A stretch of DNA of 64,000 nucleotides from Streptosporangiaceae bacterium (GCA_036394075.1 DASWFT010000105.1:464-64463); one strand, 5' to 3'. Shown: positions 41,774-49,952, counted from the stretch's first letter. Numbers and translations: made by a program. Notes: a model not told the origin generated them from the sequence alone.

Positions 41774-42304
41774 GTGGCTGAGTCCACTGGCACGCAGGCG
41801 CTCGCAGAAGACGCTGGCGTGGAAACGGCAGAAACCGCCGCGGAGCACGTGTCGGAATACACCACCGAGACGACGGCGGACGCCGAGGCGCGCCAGGCGG
41901 CGCGCAAGCCGGTGGTGACCGGCAGCGCACTCGCCACGGGCCGTCGCAAGGAAGCGATCGCGCGGGTCCGCATCGCCCCGGGCAGCGGGCAGTGGCGGAT
42001 CAACGACCGGTCGCTGGACGACTTTTTCCCGAACAAGGTTCACCAGCAGCTCATCAGTGAGCCTTTCGTCAGCCTGGGGGCTGACAACCAGTTCGACGTC
42101 GTCGCGCGGATCACCGGCGGCGGTGTCACCGGTCAGGCGGGCGCGCTGCGGCTGGGGATCGCGCGCGCCTTGATTCTGGTCGACCCGGAGAACAGGCTGA
42201 CCCTGAAGCGGGCCGGTTTCCTGACCCGCGACGCGCGGGTCAAGGAGCGTAAGAAGTACGGCTTGAAGAAGGCCAGGAAGGCGCCGCAGTACTCGAAGCG
42301 CTGA
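41774..42304 (+). CDS. rpsI: 30S ribosomal protein S9 with a ~45-aa acidic N-terminal extension
   Basis: GTG start after GAGGAAGGA. The core is [19 protein letters not shown]...[12 protein letters not shown]. Confidence 0.95.
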   Translation: MAESTGTQALAEDAGVETAETAAEHVSEYTTETTADAEARQAARKPVVTGSALATGRRKEAIARVRIAPGSGQWRINDRSLDDFFPNKVHQQLISEPFVSLGADNQFDVVARITGGGVTGQAGALRLGIARALILVDPENRLTLKRAGFLTRDARVKERKKYGLKKARKAPQYSKR

Positions 42305-42338
42305 CCAGACCGGCGTGCAAAGCGGCTGGCAAACCCCT

Positions 42339-42356
42339 CAGACCACTAGTGGTCTG
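42339..42356 (+). other. perfect 18-bp palindrome CAGACCACTAGTGGTCTG
   Basis: Seen directly, 35 nt after the rpsI stop. It could be a short hairpin (7 bp plus CUAG loop) or a dimeric-regulator operator. Confidence 0.6.
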
Positions 42357-42499
42357 TCAGCGGAGTCCTTTGAGCGAACGGCGGTCAGGTGGGTGCATCG
42401 CAAGGCGGAGGAGGAGCCGATAGCGGAGCTATCGGTGACGACGACAACGCCGCGAGGTGCCCACCTGGGCGACGTGCAGCCAAAAAGTACTCCGCTGAC
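42356..42499 (+). ncRNA. candidate structured RNA element (rod-like ~144-nt hairpin) in the rpsI-glmM spacer
   Basis: Three nested helices: GTCAGCGGAGT/ACTCCGCTGAC; CAGGTGGGTGCATCGC/GCGAGGTGCCCACCTG (16 positions: 13 Watson-Crick, 2 G-U, 1 mismatch); CCGATAGC-gga-GCTATCGG. An internal loop holds GAGGAGGAG opposite GACGACGACAA. Confidence 0.45.
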
Positions 42500-42533
42500 G
42501 GATCACTGAGCACGGAATACGGGGGCACGTCTG

Positions 42534-43925
42534 ATGGGTCGGCTTTTCGGAACTGATGGTGTCCGTGGTGTGGCTGGGGATGATCTGACCGGCCAGCTCG
42601 CCATGGAACTTGCTGCGGCGACCGCCGCGGTGCTCCGCTCCACAGGCGCGTTTACCAAGGCTGAGAAGCTCGGCAAGCGGCCGGTGGCACTAGTCGGGCG
42701 CGACCCGAGAGCCTCGGGGGAATTCCTCGAAGCCGCGGTTGTCGCGGGCCTGGCCGGGTCCGGCGTGGACGTACGGCTGCTGGGCGTCATCCCCACTCCT
42801 GCGGTCGCCTTCCTGACCAGCGATCTCGACGCGGACCTCGGTGTCATGCTTTCCGCCAGCCACAATCCGGCCCGGGACAACGGGATCAAGCTGTTCGCCC
42901 GGGGCGGCTTCAAGCTGCCCGATGCGGTCGAGCACGAGATCGAGGCCAGGCTCACGGCTGGCCGGGATTCTGGTCAGCACGGGCCGCCGGCCGCGGGTTT
43001 CGGCCGGGTCAGCGACGCCACGGCCGAACGCGAGCGTTACAAGGAACACCTGCTCGCCTCGCTGCCTAACGGGTCCGCGACCCAGCGGCGGGCACCGCTG
43101 GCGGGGCTCACGGTTGTGGTCGATTGCGCGCACGGGGCCGCCTCTGACGTGGCGCCCCGGGTGCTGCACCGGGCGGGCGCTGAGGTCATCGCGATCGGCG
43201 CGGAGCCTGACGGGTTGAACATCAACTCAGGCTGCGGCTCGACCCACCTGGACACCCTGGCGGCCGCCGTGCTCAAGCACGGGGCGGATGCGGGCATCGC
43301 GCATGACGGGGATGCCGACAGGTGCCTGGCGGTCGGCGCCGATGGGGAAGTGATCGACGGGGACCAGATCCTGGCCGTGCTCGCCCTCGCCCTCTCCGAC
43401 GCCGATCGCCTGCCGGGCAACACGGTCGTCGGCACGGTCATGTGCAACCTCGGCTTCCGGGTGGCGATGCGGGACGCCGGGATTACGGTGATCGAGACCG
43501 CGGTGGGGGACAGGTACGTGCTTGAGGCCATGCGCGCCGGAAAGTACACACTGGGCGGGGAGCAGTCCGGGCACATCATCATGCTCGATCACGCCACCAC
43601 GGGAGATGGCCTGCTGACCGCGCTGCACCTGTTGGCCACCACGGCGCGCCAGGGCATCCCCCTGGCCGAACTCGCGGCGGTGATGACCAAGTACCCACAG
43701 GTGCTCGTCAACGTCCCGGGGGTGGACAAGGCGCGAGTCGCCGCGTCACCGGAGCTCGCAGCGGCTGTGGCCGCGGCCGAGCAGCAGTTGGGCACCACCG
43801 GCCGGGTGCTGGTCCGGCCCAGTGGTACCGAGCCGGCGGTCCGGGTCATGGTGGAGGCCGCGGACGCCGATCAGGCCCAGCAGGTGGCCGACCGGCTGGC
43901 GGCAGCAGTCCGCGCGGTGACGTGA
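42534..43925 (+). CDS. glmM: phosphoglucosamine mutase
   Basis: 463 aa: [15 protein letters not shown]...[15 protein letters not shown] (active-site Ser motif). Confidence 0.97.
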   Translation: MGRLFGTDGVRGVAGDDLTGQLAMELAAATAAVLRSTGAFTKAEKLGKRPVALVGRDPRASGEFLEAAVVAGLAGSGVDVRLLGVIPTPAVAFLTSDLDADLGVMLSASHNPARDNGIKLFARGGFKLPDAVEHEIEARLTAGRDSGQHGPPAAGFGRVSDATAERERYKEHLLASLPNGSATQRRAPLAGLTVVVDCAHGAASDVAPRVLHRAGAEVIAIGAEPDGLNINSGCGSTHLDTLAAAVLKHGADAGIAHDGDADRCLAVGADGEVIDGDQILAVLALALSDADRLPGNTVVGTVMCNLGFRVAMRDAGITVIETAVGDRYVLEAMRAGKYTLGGEQSGHIIMLDHATTGDGLLTALHLLATTARQGIPLAELAAVMTKYPQVLVNVPGVDKARVAASPELAAAVAAAEQQLGTTGRVLVRPSGTEPAVRVMVEAADADQAQQVADRLAAAVRAVT

Positions 43926-44038
43926 CCAGGCGGGCTATTTTCGTTACGTATGGTTTTGGCCTTGTCACAAGGCGTGTGCAGCTCGTCAAGGTGGGTCAGC
44001 AGCCTCGGTGATCACCCGCAGGCGTTAGCCTGGCTCTC

Positions 44039-45919
44039 ATGTGCGGCATCGTGGGGTACGCAGGTCACCGCCAGGCACTCGACGTGGTGATCGAGGGGCT
44101 GCACCGCCTTGAGTACCGGGGGTACGACTCGGCCGGAGTCGCCGTGATCGGCGTCGGCGAGATGATCACCGAGAAGCGGGCGGGCAAGCTGGGGAACCTG
44201 GTCGCGGCGCTCGCGGAGCGTTCGCACCTGCCCGGCACCGTGGGCATCGGGCATACCCGGTGGGCCACGCATGGGCCGCCGAACGACCGGAACGCGCACC
44301 CGCATTCCGACTGCTTCGGCCACCTGGCCGTGGTGCACAACGGCATCATCGAGAACTTCGCCGCGCTGCGAACCGAGATGGAGTCCCGCGGCCACACCCT
44401 TTCCTCTGATACCGACACCGAGGTCGTGGCGCACCTGCTCGAGGAGTACATGTCGGCGGCGCAGGCAGGTGCCGGGGCCATCGCGCTGCCCCCGGGCACG
44501 CTGGCCGCGGCGATGCGCAAGGTCTGCCAGCGGCTGGACGGAGCGTTCACCCTGGTCGCGGTCGACCTGCGGGATCCGGGCGCGGTGGTCGGGGCCCGCC
44601 GCAACTCGCCGCTGGTGATCGGCAGGGGTGACGGCGAGAATTTCCTCGCCAGCGACGTGGCCGCGTTCATCGCCTATACCAGGCGGGCGGTCGAACTCGG
44701 CCAGGACCAGGTGGCCGAGGTGCGCGCCGAAAGCGTGACCGTGACGGGCTTCGACGGGAGGCCGGCCGACGTCACCGAATACCACGTGGACTGGGACGTG
44801 TCGGCCGCCGAGAAGGCGGGCTACCGGTACTTCATGCTCAAGGAGATCGCTGAGCAGCCCAAGGCGATCGCTGACACGCTGCTCGGCCGGATCGGGCCGG
44901 GCGGGCAGCTGATGCTGGACGAGATGCGCCTCGACGTCGAGGAACTGCGGGAGATTGACAAGATCATCATCGTGGCCTGCGGCACCGCGTATCACGCCGG
45001 GATGATCGCGAAGTACGCCATCGAGCACTGGTGCCGAATCCCCTGCGAAGTCGAGCTCGCCAGCGAGTTCCGGTACCGCGATCCGATCCTCACCCGGACC
45101 ACGCTGGTCATCGCGATCTCCCAGTCCGGGGAGACTATGGACACATTGATGGCCGTGCGGCACGCCCGCGAGCAGCGGTCGCGGGTGCTTGCCATCTGCA
45201 ACGTGAACGGCTCGTCGATCCCGCGCGAGTGCGACGCGGTCGTGTACACCCATGCGGGCCCGGAGATCGCCGTCGCGTCCACCAAGGCGTTCCTCACCCA
45301 ACTGGTCGGCTGTTACCTGGTCGGCCTGTACCTGGCCCAGGTACGCGGAACGAAATTCGACGACGAGATCCACGAGGAGATCGGACATCTCGGGCAGATG
45401 CCGGCTGAGGTGGAGCGGGTGCTCGAGACGATGGAGCCGGTCCGCGCCCTGGCCCGCGAGCTCGCCGACGAGCGGTGCGTCCTGTTCCTCGGACGGCACG
45501 TCGGCTTCCCTGTCGCCCTCGAGGGAGCGCTCAAGCTCAAGGAACTCGCCTACATGCACTCCGAGGGCTTCGCGGCCGGCGAGCTCAAGCACGGGCCGAT
45601 CGCGCTGATCGAGGACGGGCTCCCGGTCGTGGTCGTGGTGCCATCCGCGGACGGCCGCGGGGTGCTGCACGACAAACTGGTCTCCAACATCCAGGAGATC
45701 CGGGCCCGTGGCGCTCGGGTCATCGCGATCGTGGACGAGGGCGACAGCGAGGTAAAGCAGTTCGCGGACACGCTCATCGAGGTGCCCGCCGTGCCGACGC
45801 TGTTCCAGCCGCTGGTCGCCACGGTGCCATTGCAGGTCTTGGCCTGCGAGCTAGCCACCGCCAAGGGCCACGACGTAGACCAGCCCCGCAACCTAGCCAA
45901 GTCCGTCACCGTCGAGTAG
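44039..45919 (+). CDS. glmS: glutamine--fructose-6-phosphate aminotransferase (isomerizing)
   Basis: 626 aa: MCGIVGYAG... (N-terminal Cys nucleophile), ending ...LAKSVTVE. Confidence 0.98.
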   Translation: MCGIVGYAGHRQALDVVIEGLHRLEYRGYDSAGVAVIGVGEMITEKRAGKLGNLVAALAERSHLPGTVGIGHTRWATHGPPNDRNAHPHSDCFGHLAVVHNGIIENFAALRTEMESRGHTLSSDTDTEVVAHLLEEYMSAAQAGAGAIALPPGTLAAAMRKVCQRLDGAFTLVAVDLRDPGAVVGARRNSPLVIGRGDGENFLASDVAAFIAYTRRAVELGQDQVAEVRAESVTVTGFDGRPADVTEYHVDWDVSAAEKAGYRYFMLKEIAEQPKAIADTLLGRIGPGGQLMLDEMRLDVEELREIDKIIIVACGTAYHAGMIAKYAIEHWCRIPCEVELASEFRYRDPILTRTTLVIAISQSGETMDTLMAVRHAREQRSRVLAICNVNGSSIPRECDAVVYTHAGPEIAVASTKAFLTQLVGCYLVGLYLAQVRGTKFDDEIHEEIGHLGQMPAEVERVLETMEPVRALARELADERCVLFLGRHVGFPVALEGALKLKELAYMHSEGFAAGELKHGPIALIEDGLPVVVVVPSADGRGVLHDKLVSNIQEIRARGARVIAIVDEGDSEVKQFADTLIEVPAVPTLFQPLVATVPLQVLACELATAKGHDVDQPRNLAKSVTVE

Positions 45920-46000
45920 CCCCACGCGGCCGGGTTCACCATTGCTCCCTTCGCCCAGCCCAGCCTCTCGGGCCCCCCTGGGCCCGGGCATCTCGTTATC

Positions 46001-46040
46001 GGTGAATGTTTTTGCCCCAGGAAGGGCAAAAACATTCACC
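46001..46040. repeat. perfect 17-bp AT-rich inverted repeat GGTGAATGTTTTTGCCC-caggaa-GGGCAAAAACATTCACC
   Basis: Seen directly. Its termini GGTGAATGT/ACATTCACC recur at 49799-49849. It may also act as a glmS terminator. Confidence 0.85.
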
Positions 46041-46048
46041 AATAAGGG

Positions 46049-46090
46049 TTATCCACAGGGAATCCGGCATAGTCGGGCTTGTTGTCCACA
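46049..46090 (+). promoter_or_regulatory. two DnaA-box-like 9-mers in direct orientation
   Basis: TTATCCACA (46049-46057, E. coli consensus) and TTGTCCACA (46082-46090, streptomycete/mycobacterial consensus). Both sit inside the direct repeat GTT(A/G)TCCACAG, 33 nt apart. Confidence 0.4.
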
Positions 46091-46140
46091 GAACGGGATT
46101 GCGTTGGGCGGATTGCGGGCGGCCGTTCGACGCTGGATGG

Positions 46141-47100
46141 GTGGCAGACGACGTCCCAGAGCGCGTACGTGCCCCGCTGATCACCCAGCGCGGCGTGCTG
46201 ACCAGGGCGCAAGTCCTGGACGCCGGGATGACTGACAAGGCGATCGTGGCGCGCTTGCGCACCGGGCGCTGGCAGCGACTGCAGCGCGGTGTCTACGCGA
46301 CCTTCAGCGGAGAACCACCGCGTGCTGCGCTCATTTGGGCGGCTGTCCTTCGTGGCGGCCCGGATGCGGTGCTCAGCCACCAGACCGCTGCCGAGTTGTC
46401 CGGGCTCCTGGCGAAACCCGAACCCCTCATTCACCTAACGGTGCCGAGCGGGGCACCTGTCGATCGCATTCCCGGGGCCGTCCTGCATTACTCGAGGCGG
46501 TTAGCACACGCACGCCACCCAGCGCTCGAACCAGCCAGAACCCGGATCGAGGAGACGGTGCTCGATCTGGGCCAGGCGGCCGGCACACTGGACCGCGCAC
46601 TCGGCTGGATCTTCCTGGCCTGCGGCAGCCGCAGGACCACGGCCGAGCGGATCGTGGCAACGATGGCCCTACGGCCCAGGATGCGCTGGCGCGCCGACTT
46701 GGCCATGGCGCTCGATGTCGCGGGCGAGGGTGCGCACTCTCTGCTCGAATTCAGGTACGTGAACCGTGTCGAGCGGCCGCATGGCCTCCCAGTTGGCACG
46801 CGGCAGCATCCAGTGCGGCGGGGTGGCCGGCGCCAGTACCAGGACGTCCTATACGAGGCTTTCGGCGTAGTGGTCGAGCTTGACGGGCGCGCCGCTCACC
46901 CCGACGAGTTCCGTCGGCGCGACACCCGGCGGGACAACGCGAACGTCGCTGCGGGCCAGGTCACGCTCCGTTACACCTGGGCGGACGTGACAGAACACCC
47001 CTGCTCCGCAGCGGGCGAGGTGGCTGGGGCCCTCATGCGGAGGGACTGGCCGGGCGCCCCCCGCCGTTGTGGCCGCACGTGCCGCCTCCCGCAGTCGTGA
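46141..47100 (+). CDS. AbiEi-like N-terminal domain / DUF559 (Vsr-like endonuclease-fold) protein
   Basis: The N-terminus RGVLTRAQVLDAGMTDKAIVARLRTGRWQRLQRGVYA looks AbiEi_4-like. The C-terminus LLEFRYVNRVERPHGLP...DVLYEAFGVVVELDGRAAH...LRYTWADV looks DUF559-like. Start guessed at GTG 46141, because the track start at 46006 lies inside the hairpin. Confidence 0.7.
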   Translation: MADDVPERVRAPLITQRGVLTRAQVLDAGMTDKAIVARLRTGRWQRLQRGVYATFSGEPPRAALIWAAVLRGGPDAVLSHQTAAELSGLLAKPEPLIHLTVPSGAPVDRIPGAVLHYSRRLAHARHPALEPARTRIEETVLDLGQAAGTLDRALGWIFLACGSRRTTAERIVATMALRPRMRWRADLAMALDVAGEGAHSLLEFRYVNRVERPHGLPVGTRQHPVRRGGRRQYQDVLYEAFGVVVELDGRAAHPDEFRRRDTRRDNANVAAGQVTLRYTWADVTEHPCSAAGEVAGALMRRDWPGAPRRCGRTCRLPQS

Positions 47101-47114
47101 AGCCACAAGCGACC

Positions 47115-47195
47115 CAGCTAACGACGGCCCCCGAGCCAGACCACGGGATCCGCCAGCTAATCGCGGCCCCGAGCCAGACCACGGGATCCGCCAGC
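47115..47195. repeat. two tandem ~38-nt units in the convergent spacer
   Basis: The 26-mer CGAGCCAGACCACGGGATCCGCCAGC occurs identically at 47132-47157 and 47170-47195, embedded in CAGCTAA(C/T)..CGGCCC(C) units. Confidence 0.85.
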
Positions 47196-47224
47196 CAGGC
47201 CGCCATGGGCCGGGCGTGTCACTG

Positions 47225-47587
47225 TCAGGTTGGCTGGGCTCCTGCCGGGCCGGGCTCGACGCAGAACTCGTTGCCCTCCGGATCGCGCATCACCGTGTGG
47301 GCGGCGTCCTGCCGCACCACCGTGGCGCCTAGCTCAGTGAGCCGCTCGACCTCCGCGCCGACGTCTCCTGGCGCCCGGAGATCGAAATGCATCCTGTTCT
47401 TCGCGGTCTTGCCCTCGGGTACCTGGACGAACCACATGTTCGGCCCGCCCCACCCGGCCGCCTCGACATACGCCTTCGACGCGGTGGACTCCTCGTCCAT
47501 GTCAGATCCCAGCGTGGCCGCCCAGAACCGGGCGGCCACCAGCGCGTCGGCGCAGTCGAACGTGACGGTCTTGATCAGGCTCGGCAT
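47225..47587 (-). CDS. VOC (glyoxalase/bleomycin-resistance) family protein
   Basis: 120 aa: MPSLIKTVTFDCADALVAARFWAATLG...NRMHFDLRA...VMRDPEGNEFCV, a typical VOC fold pattern. Confidence 0.85.
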   Translation of the reverse strand: MPSLIKTVTFDCADALVAARFWAATLGSDMDEESTASKAYVEAAGWGGPNMWFVQVPEGKTAKNRMHFDLRAPGDVGAEVERLTELGATVVRQDAAHTVMRDPEGNEFCVEPGPAGAQPT

Positions 47588-47696
47588 GACCCGACGCTAG
47601 GCGGGGGCGCGGCCAGGAGGCAACCGGTTTCTGCCCGGGCGGCTGGCAGTGCCGGCAGCACCAGCCGGCGATGGCGGCCCATGGGAGGCTGGGAGC

Positions 47697-48047
47697 GTGA
47701 TCGTGGGCATCGGCGTGGACATCGTAGACATCTCCCGTTTCGAGGCGGCATTGAGCCGGACTCCGGCACTGGCACACCGCCTGTTCGCGGAGAGCGAACG
47801 GGCGGCCCCGCTGCCATCGCTCGCCGCGGGCTTCGCCGCCAAGGAAGCGGTGGCCAAGGCCCTGGGCGCGCCGCCCGGGCTGCGCTGGGCCGACGTGGAG
47901 GTCGGCCACGACGCCACCGGGCGCCCCGCGCTCACGATCCGCGGCACGGTTGCGCAAGCGGCCGGCCAGCAGGGCGTCCGCCGCTGGCACCTGTCGCTCA
48001 GCCATGATGCGGGTGCCAGCGTCGCGATGGTGGTGGCCGAAGGTTGA
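47697..48047 (+). CDS. acpS: holo-[acyl-carrier-protein] synthase
   Basis: GTG 47697 after GGGAGG gives [19 protein letters not shown]...[11 protein letters not shown]. The track ORF starts at an upstream GTG, 47649. Confidence 0.92.
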   Translation: MIVGIGVDIVDISRFEAALSRTPALAHRLFAESERAAPLPSLAAGFAAKEAVAKALGAPPGLRWADVEVGHDATGRPALTIRGTVAQAAGQQGVRRWHLSLSHDAGASVAMVVAEG

Positions 48048-49621
48048 GAAACGCGCACGAGGTGGAAAAAATTCGGATAGCCGAACGTGCCCTCATGGCC
48101 CAGCTGCCACCAGGCACGCTGATGCAGCGGGCCGCGGCTGGCCTAGCGTCCATCTGCGCTGGCCTGGTGGGGAAGGTGTACGGGGCACGGGTGGTCGTAC
48201 TCGCCGGGAGCGGCGACAACGGCGGCGACGCACTGCATGCGGCCACCCGGTTGGCCCGGCGCGGGGCGGCGGTCCTGGCGGTAGCGGCAGGGGGGCGGGT
48301 GCACCAGGAGGGTGCCGCAGCGCTGCGCGCCGCGGGCGGACGGCTGACCGACGCCGGCGACCCGGCCGCGGCAGCCGCGATCGACGCCGCGGACCTGGTC
48401 ATCGATGGCCTGCTCGGCATCGGCGGCCGTGGCGGCCTGCGGGAGCCATACGCGGCGCTCGCCGGGCTGGCGGCGCGGTCGCCAGCGGTGGTGGTCGCCA
48501 CCGACCTGCCGAGCGGGGTCGACGCTGACACCGGCGTGGTCGACGGGGCTGCGGTGCGCGCAGACGTGACGGTGACCTTCGGCACCTGGAAGCCGGGCCT
48601 GCTCATCGACCCAGGGGCCACGCACGCCGGAGTGGTCGAGCTGATCGACATCGGCCTCGGGTCCTACCTGGAGTCGCCCGCTGTCGAGGGGATGCAGGCG
48701 GCCGACGTGGCCGCGCTGCTCCCGCAGCCGCAGCGGGACTCGGACAAGTACCGCCGCGGCGTGGTGGGCATCCTGGCGGGCAGCGACCGGTTCACCGGCG
48801 CGGCCGCGCTGGCCGTCGGCGGCGCCCTGCGCGGGGGCGCCGGGATGATCCGTCTGGTGTCCGCGGAATCCGCCGTGGCGGTGGTCCGGCAGCGCTGGCC
48901 GGAGACGGTGATCACGGTGACCGAGCGCGAACTGCGGGCCGGGGAGGAGATCAAGGCTGCGGGGCGGGTCCAGGCGTGGGTGGCCGGGCCGGGCATGGGC
49001 ACGGATGAGCAGGCGCGCGAGCGGCTGGCCGCGGTGCTCGCCACCGACGTCCCCGTGCTCGTGGACGCGGACGGACTCACCCTGGTCGCGGCGGACCGGG
49101 GGATGCTGGCGCGTTCCGCCCCGACGCTGCTCACCCCGCACGCGGGTGAGTTGGCGCGGCTGCTCGGCACCGATCCGGTCGACGTCGAGGCGCGCCGTCT
49201 GGAGCACGCCAGGATGGCCGCTGCCGAGCTGGGCGCCACGGTCCTGGTCAAGGGCTCGACCACGGTTGTCGCGGCCGCTGACGGGGATTCAGCGGCCGGG
49301 CCGGCCCTGGTCAACCCGACCGGCACCTCGTGGCTGGCCACAGCTGGGACCGGGGATGTGCTCTCAGGCCTGGCCGGCTCCCTGCTGGCGCAGGGCCTGG
49401 GGCCGCGTGAGGCCGCCGGGGTGGCCGCGTATCTGCACGGCCTGGCCGCACGCCTGGCGGCCGCGGGCCAGGGCGCGGAGCCGGGGTTGGCTGCAGGCGC
49501 ATCAAGGAGGGCGGGCGGCCCCGGCGCGGCGGGCCCGGCCGACGCGCCGATCGGGGCGGCCGACGTGATCGCCGCGTTGCCCGCCGCGATCCGCTCGGCG
49601 CGCCTGAACTCGCTGCCGTAG
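48044..49621 (+). CDS. nnr: bifunctional NAD(P)H-hydrate epimerase / ADP-dependent dehydratase
   Basis: 525 aa with an N-terminal YjeF_N domain ([18 protein letters not shown]) and a C-terminal carbohydrate-kinase-like domain ([11 protein letters not shown]). The TTG start overlaps the acpS stop. Confidence 0.9.
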   Translation: MRNAHEVEKIRIAERALMAQLPPGTLMQRAAAGLASICAGLVGKVYGARVVVLAGSGDNGGDALHAATRLARRGAAVLAVAAGGRVHQEGAAALRAAGGRLTDAGDPAAAAAIDAADLVIDGLLGIGGRGGLREPYAALAGLAARSPAVVVATDLPSGVDADTGVVDGAAVRADVTVTFGTWKPGLLIDPGATHAGVVELIDIGLGSYLESPAVEGMQAADVAALLPQPQRDSDKYRRGVVGILAGSDRFTGAAALAVGGALRGGAGMIRLVSAESAVAVVRQRWPETVITVTERELRAGEEIKAAGRVQAWVAGPGMGTDEQARERLAAVLATDVPVLVDADGLTLVAADRGMLARSAPTLLTPHAGELARLLGTDPVDVEARRLEHARMAAAELGATVLVKGSTTVVAAADGDSAAGPALVNPTGTSWLATAGTGDVLSGLAGSLLAQGLGPREAAGVAAYLHGLAARLAAAGQGAEPGLAAGASRRAGGPGAAGPADAPIGAADVIAALPAAIRSARLNSLP

Positions 49622-49650
49622 GCCCGAGCGCCCCGCGCAGCCTCACGAGA

Positions 49651-49715
49651 AGCGGTCGATGTGACATCGCACCGGTTGTAACCGGTAGAACGGCACATTC
49701 GCCGGGCTGGACGCG
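49651..49715 (+). repeat. palindromic repeat, copy A (degenerate termini)
   Basis: GGTCGATGTGACATCGCACCGGTTGTAACCGGTAGAACGGCACATTCGCCGGGCTGGACGCG. About 89% identical (54 of 61) to copy B. Confidence 0.85.
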
Positions 49716-49790
49716 CACATCCGGGAGCCGTGAGCGGTCGTGGGAGCCGTCGGCCGCAGTCGAAGCCCCAGCGGCCAGGCGAGCCGCCCG

Positions 49791-49860
49791 CGAATCCGGT
49801 GAATGTGGCATCGCACCGGTTGTGACGGGTAGAACGGCACATTCACCGGGCTGGAAGCGG
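49791..49860 (+). repeat. palindromic repeat, copy B (termini GGTGAATGTG / CACATTCACC)
   Basis: GGTGAATGTGGCATCGCACCGGTTGTGACGGGTAGAACGGCACATTCACCGGGCTGGAAGCG, with 10-bp perfect terminal inverted repeats. Confidence 0.85.
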
Positions 49861-49952
49861 TCGGGGCGACGCGCTAGCGGGGTCTGGCCCGGCGGGCGCT
49901 ACGGAGTGATCCGTCCGGGCGCACAGGCCGGCGGCTGGCACACTGGACCGTC

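Noticed and set aside
40909-42036. N-terminal ~375 codons of the 1095-aa minus-strand ORF 38749..42036
   Set aside because: This part runs antisense through rpsI, rplM and their promoter region. Only the portion below about 40908 (or 41070) has the features of a real gene: repeats, a TM helix, and a domain with high GC3.
42339-42356. Canonical DasR dre site upstream of glmM
   Set aside because: The hexamers AGACCA and TGGTCT are present but in everted order relative to the dre consensus (TGGTCTAGACCA). It is therefore not a canonical dre and is reported only as a palindrome.
42315-42509. 64-aa + strand ORF in the rpsI-glmM spacer
   Set aside because: It coincides with the nested inverted repeats of the structured element. 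It has no SD and no recognisable protein features, so an RNA or repeat explanation fits better.
43926-44038. glmS ribozyme upstream of glmS
   Set aside because: The spacer is only 113 nt, with no recognisable glmS-ribozyme core that I can see. To my knowledge the ribozyme is characteristic of Firmicutes and relatives, not actinobacteria.
46006-46140. Track start (46006) of the DUF559-like ORF
   Set aside because: The first 45 codons begin inside the 17-bp hairpin and run across the DnaA-box-like repeats. The AbiEi-like domain begins after GVLTRAQV, so GTG 46141 is a more plausible, though unproven, start.
49643-49846. 67-aa minus-strand ORF with internal repeat NVPFY..QPVRCHI
   Set aside because: The repeat in the peptide simply mirrors the two nucleotide copies of the palindromic element. 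The GTG start has no SD, and conservation follows palindromic DNA/RNA symmetry. It is kept as an alternative explanation in the corresponding finding.
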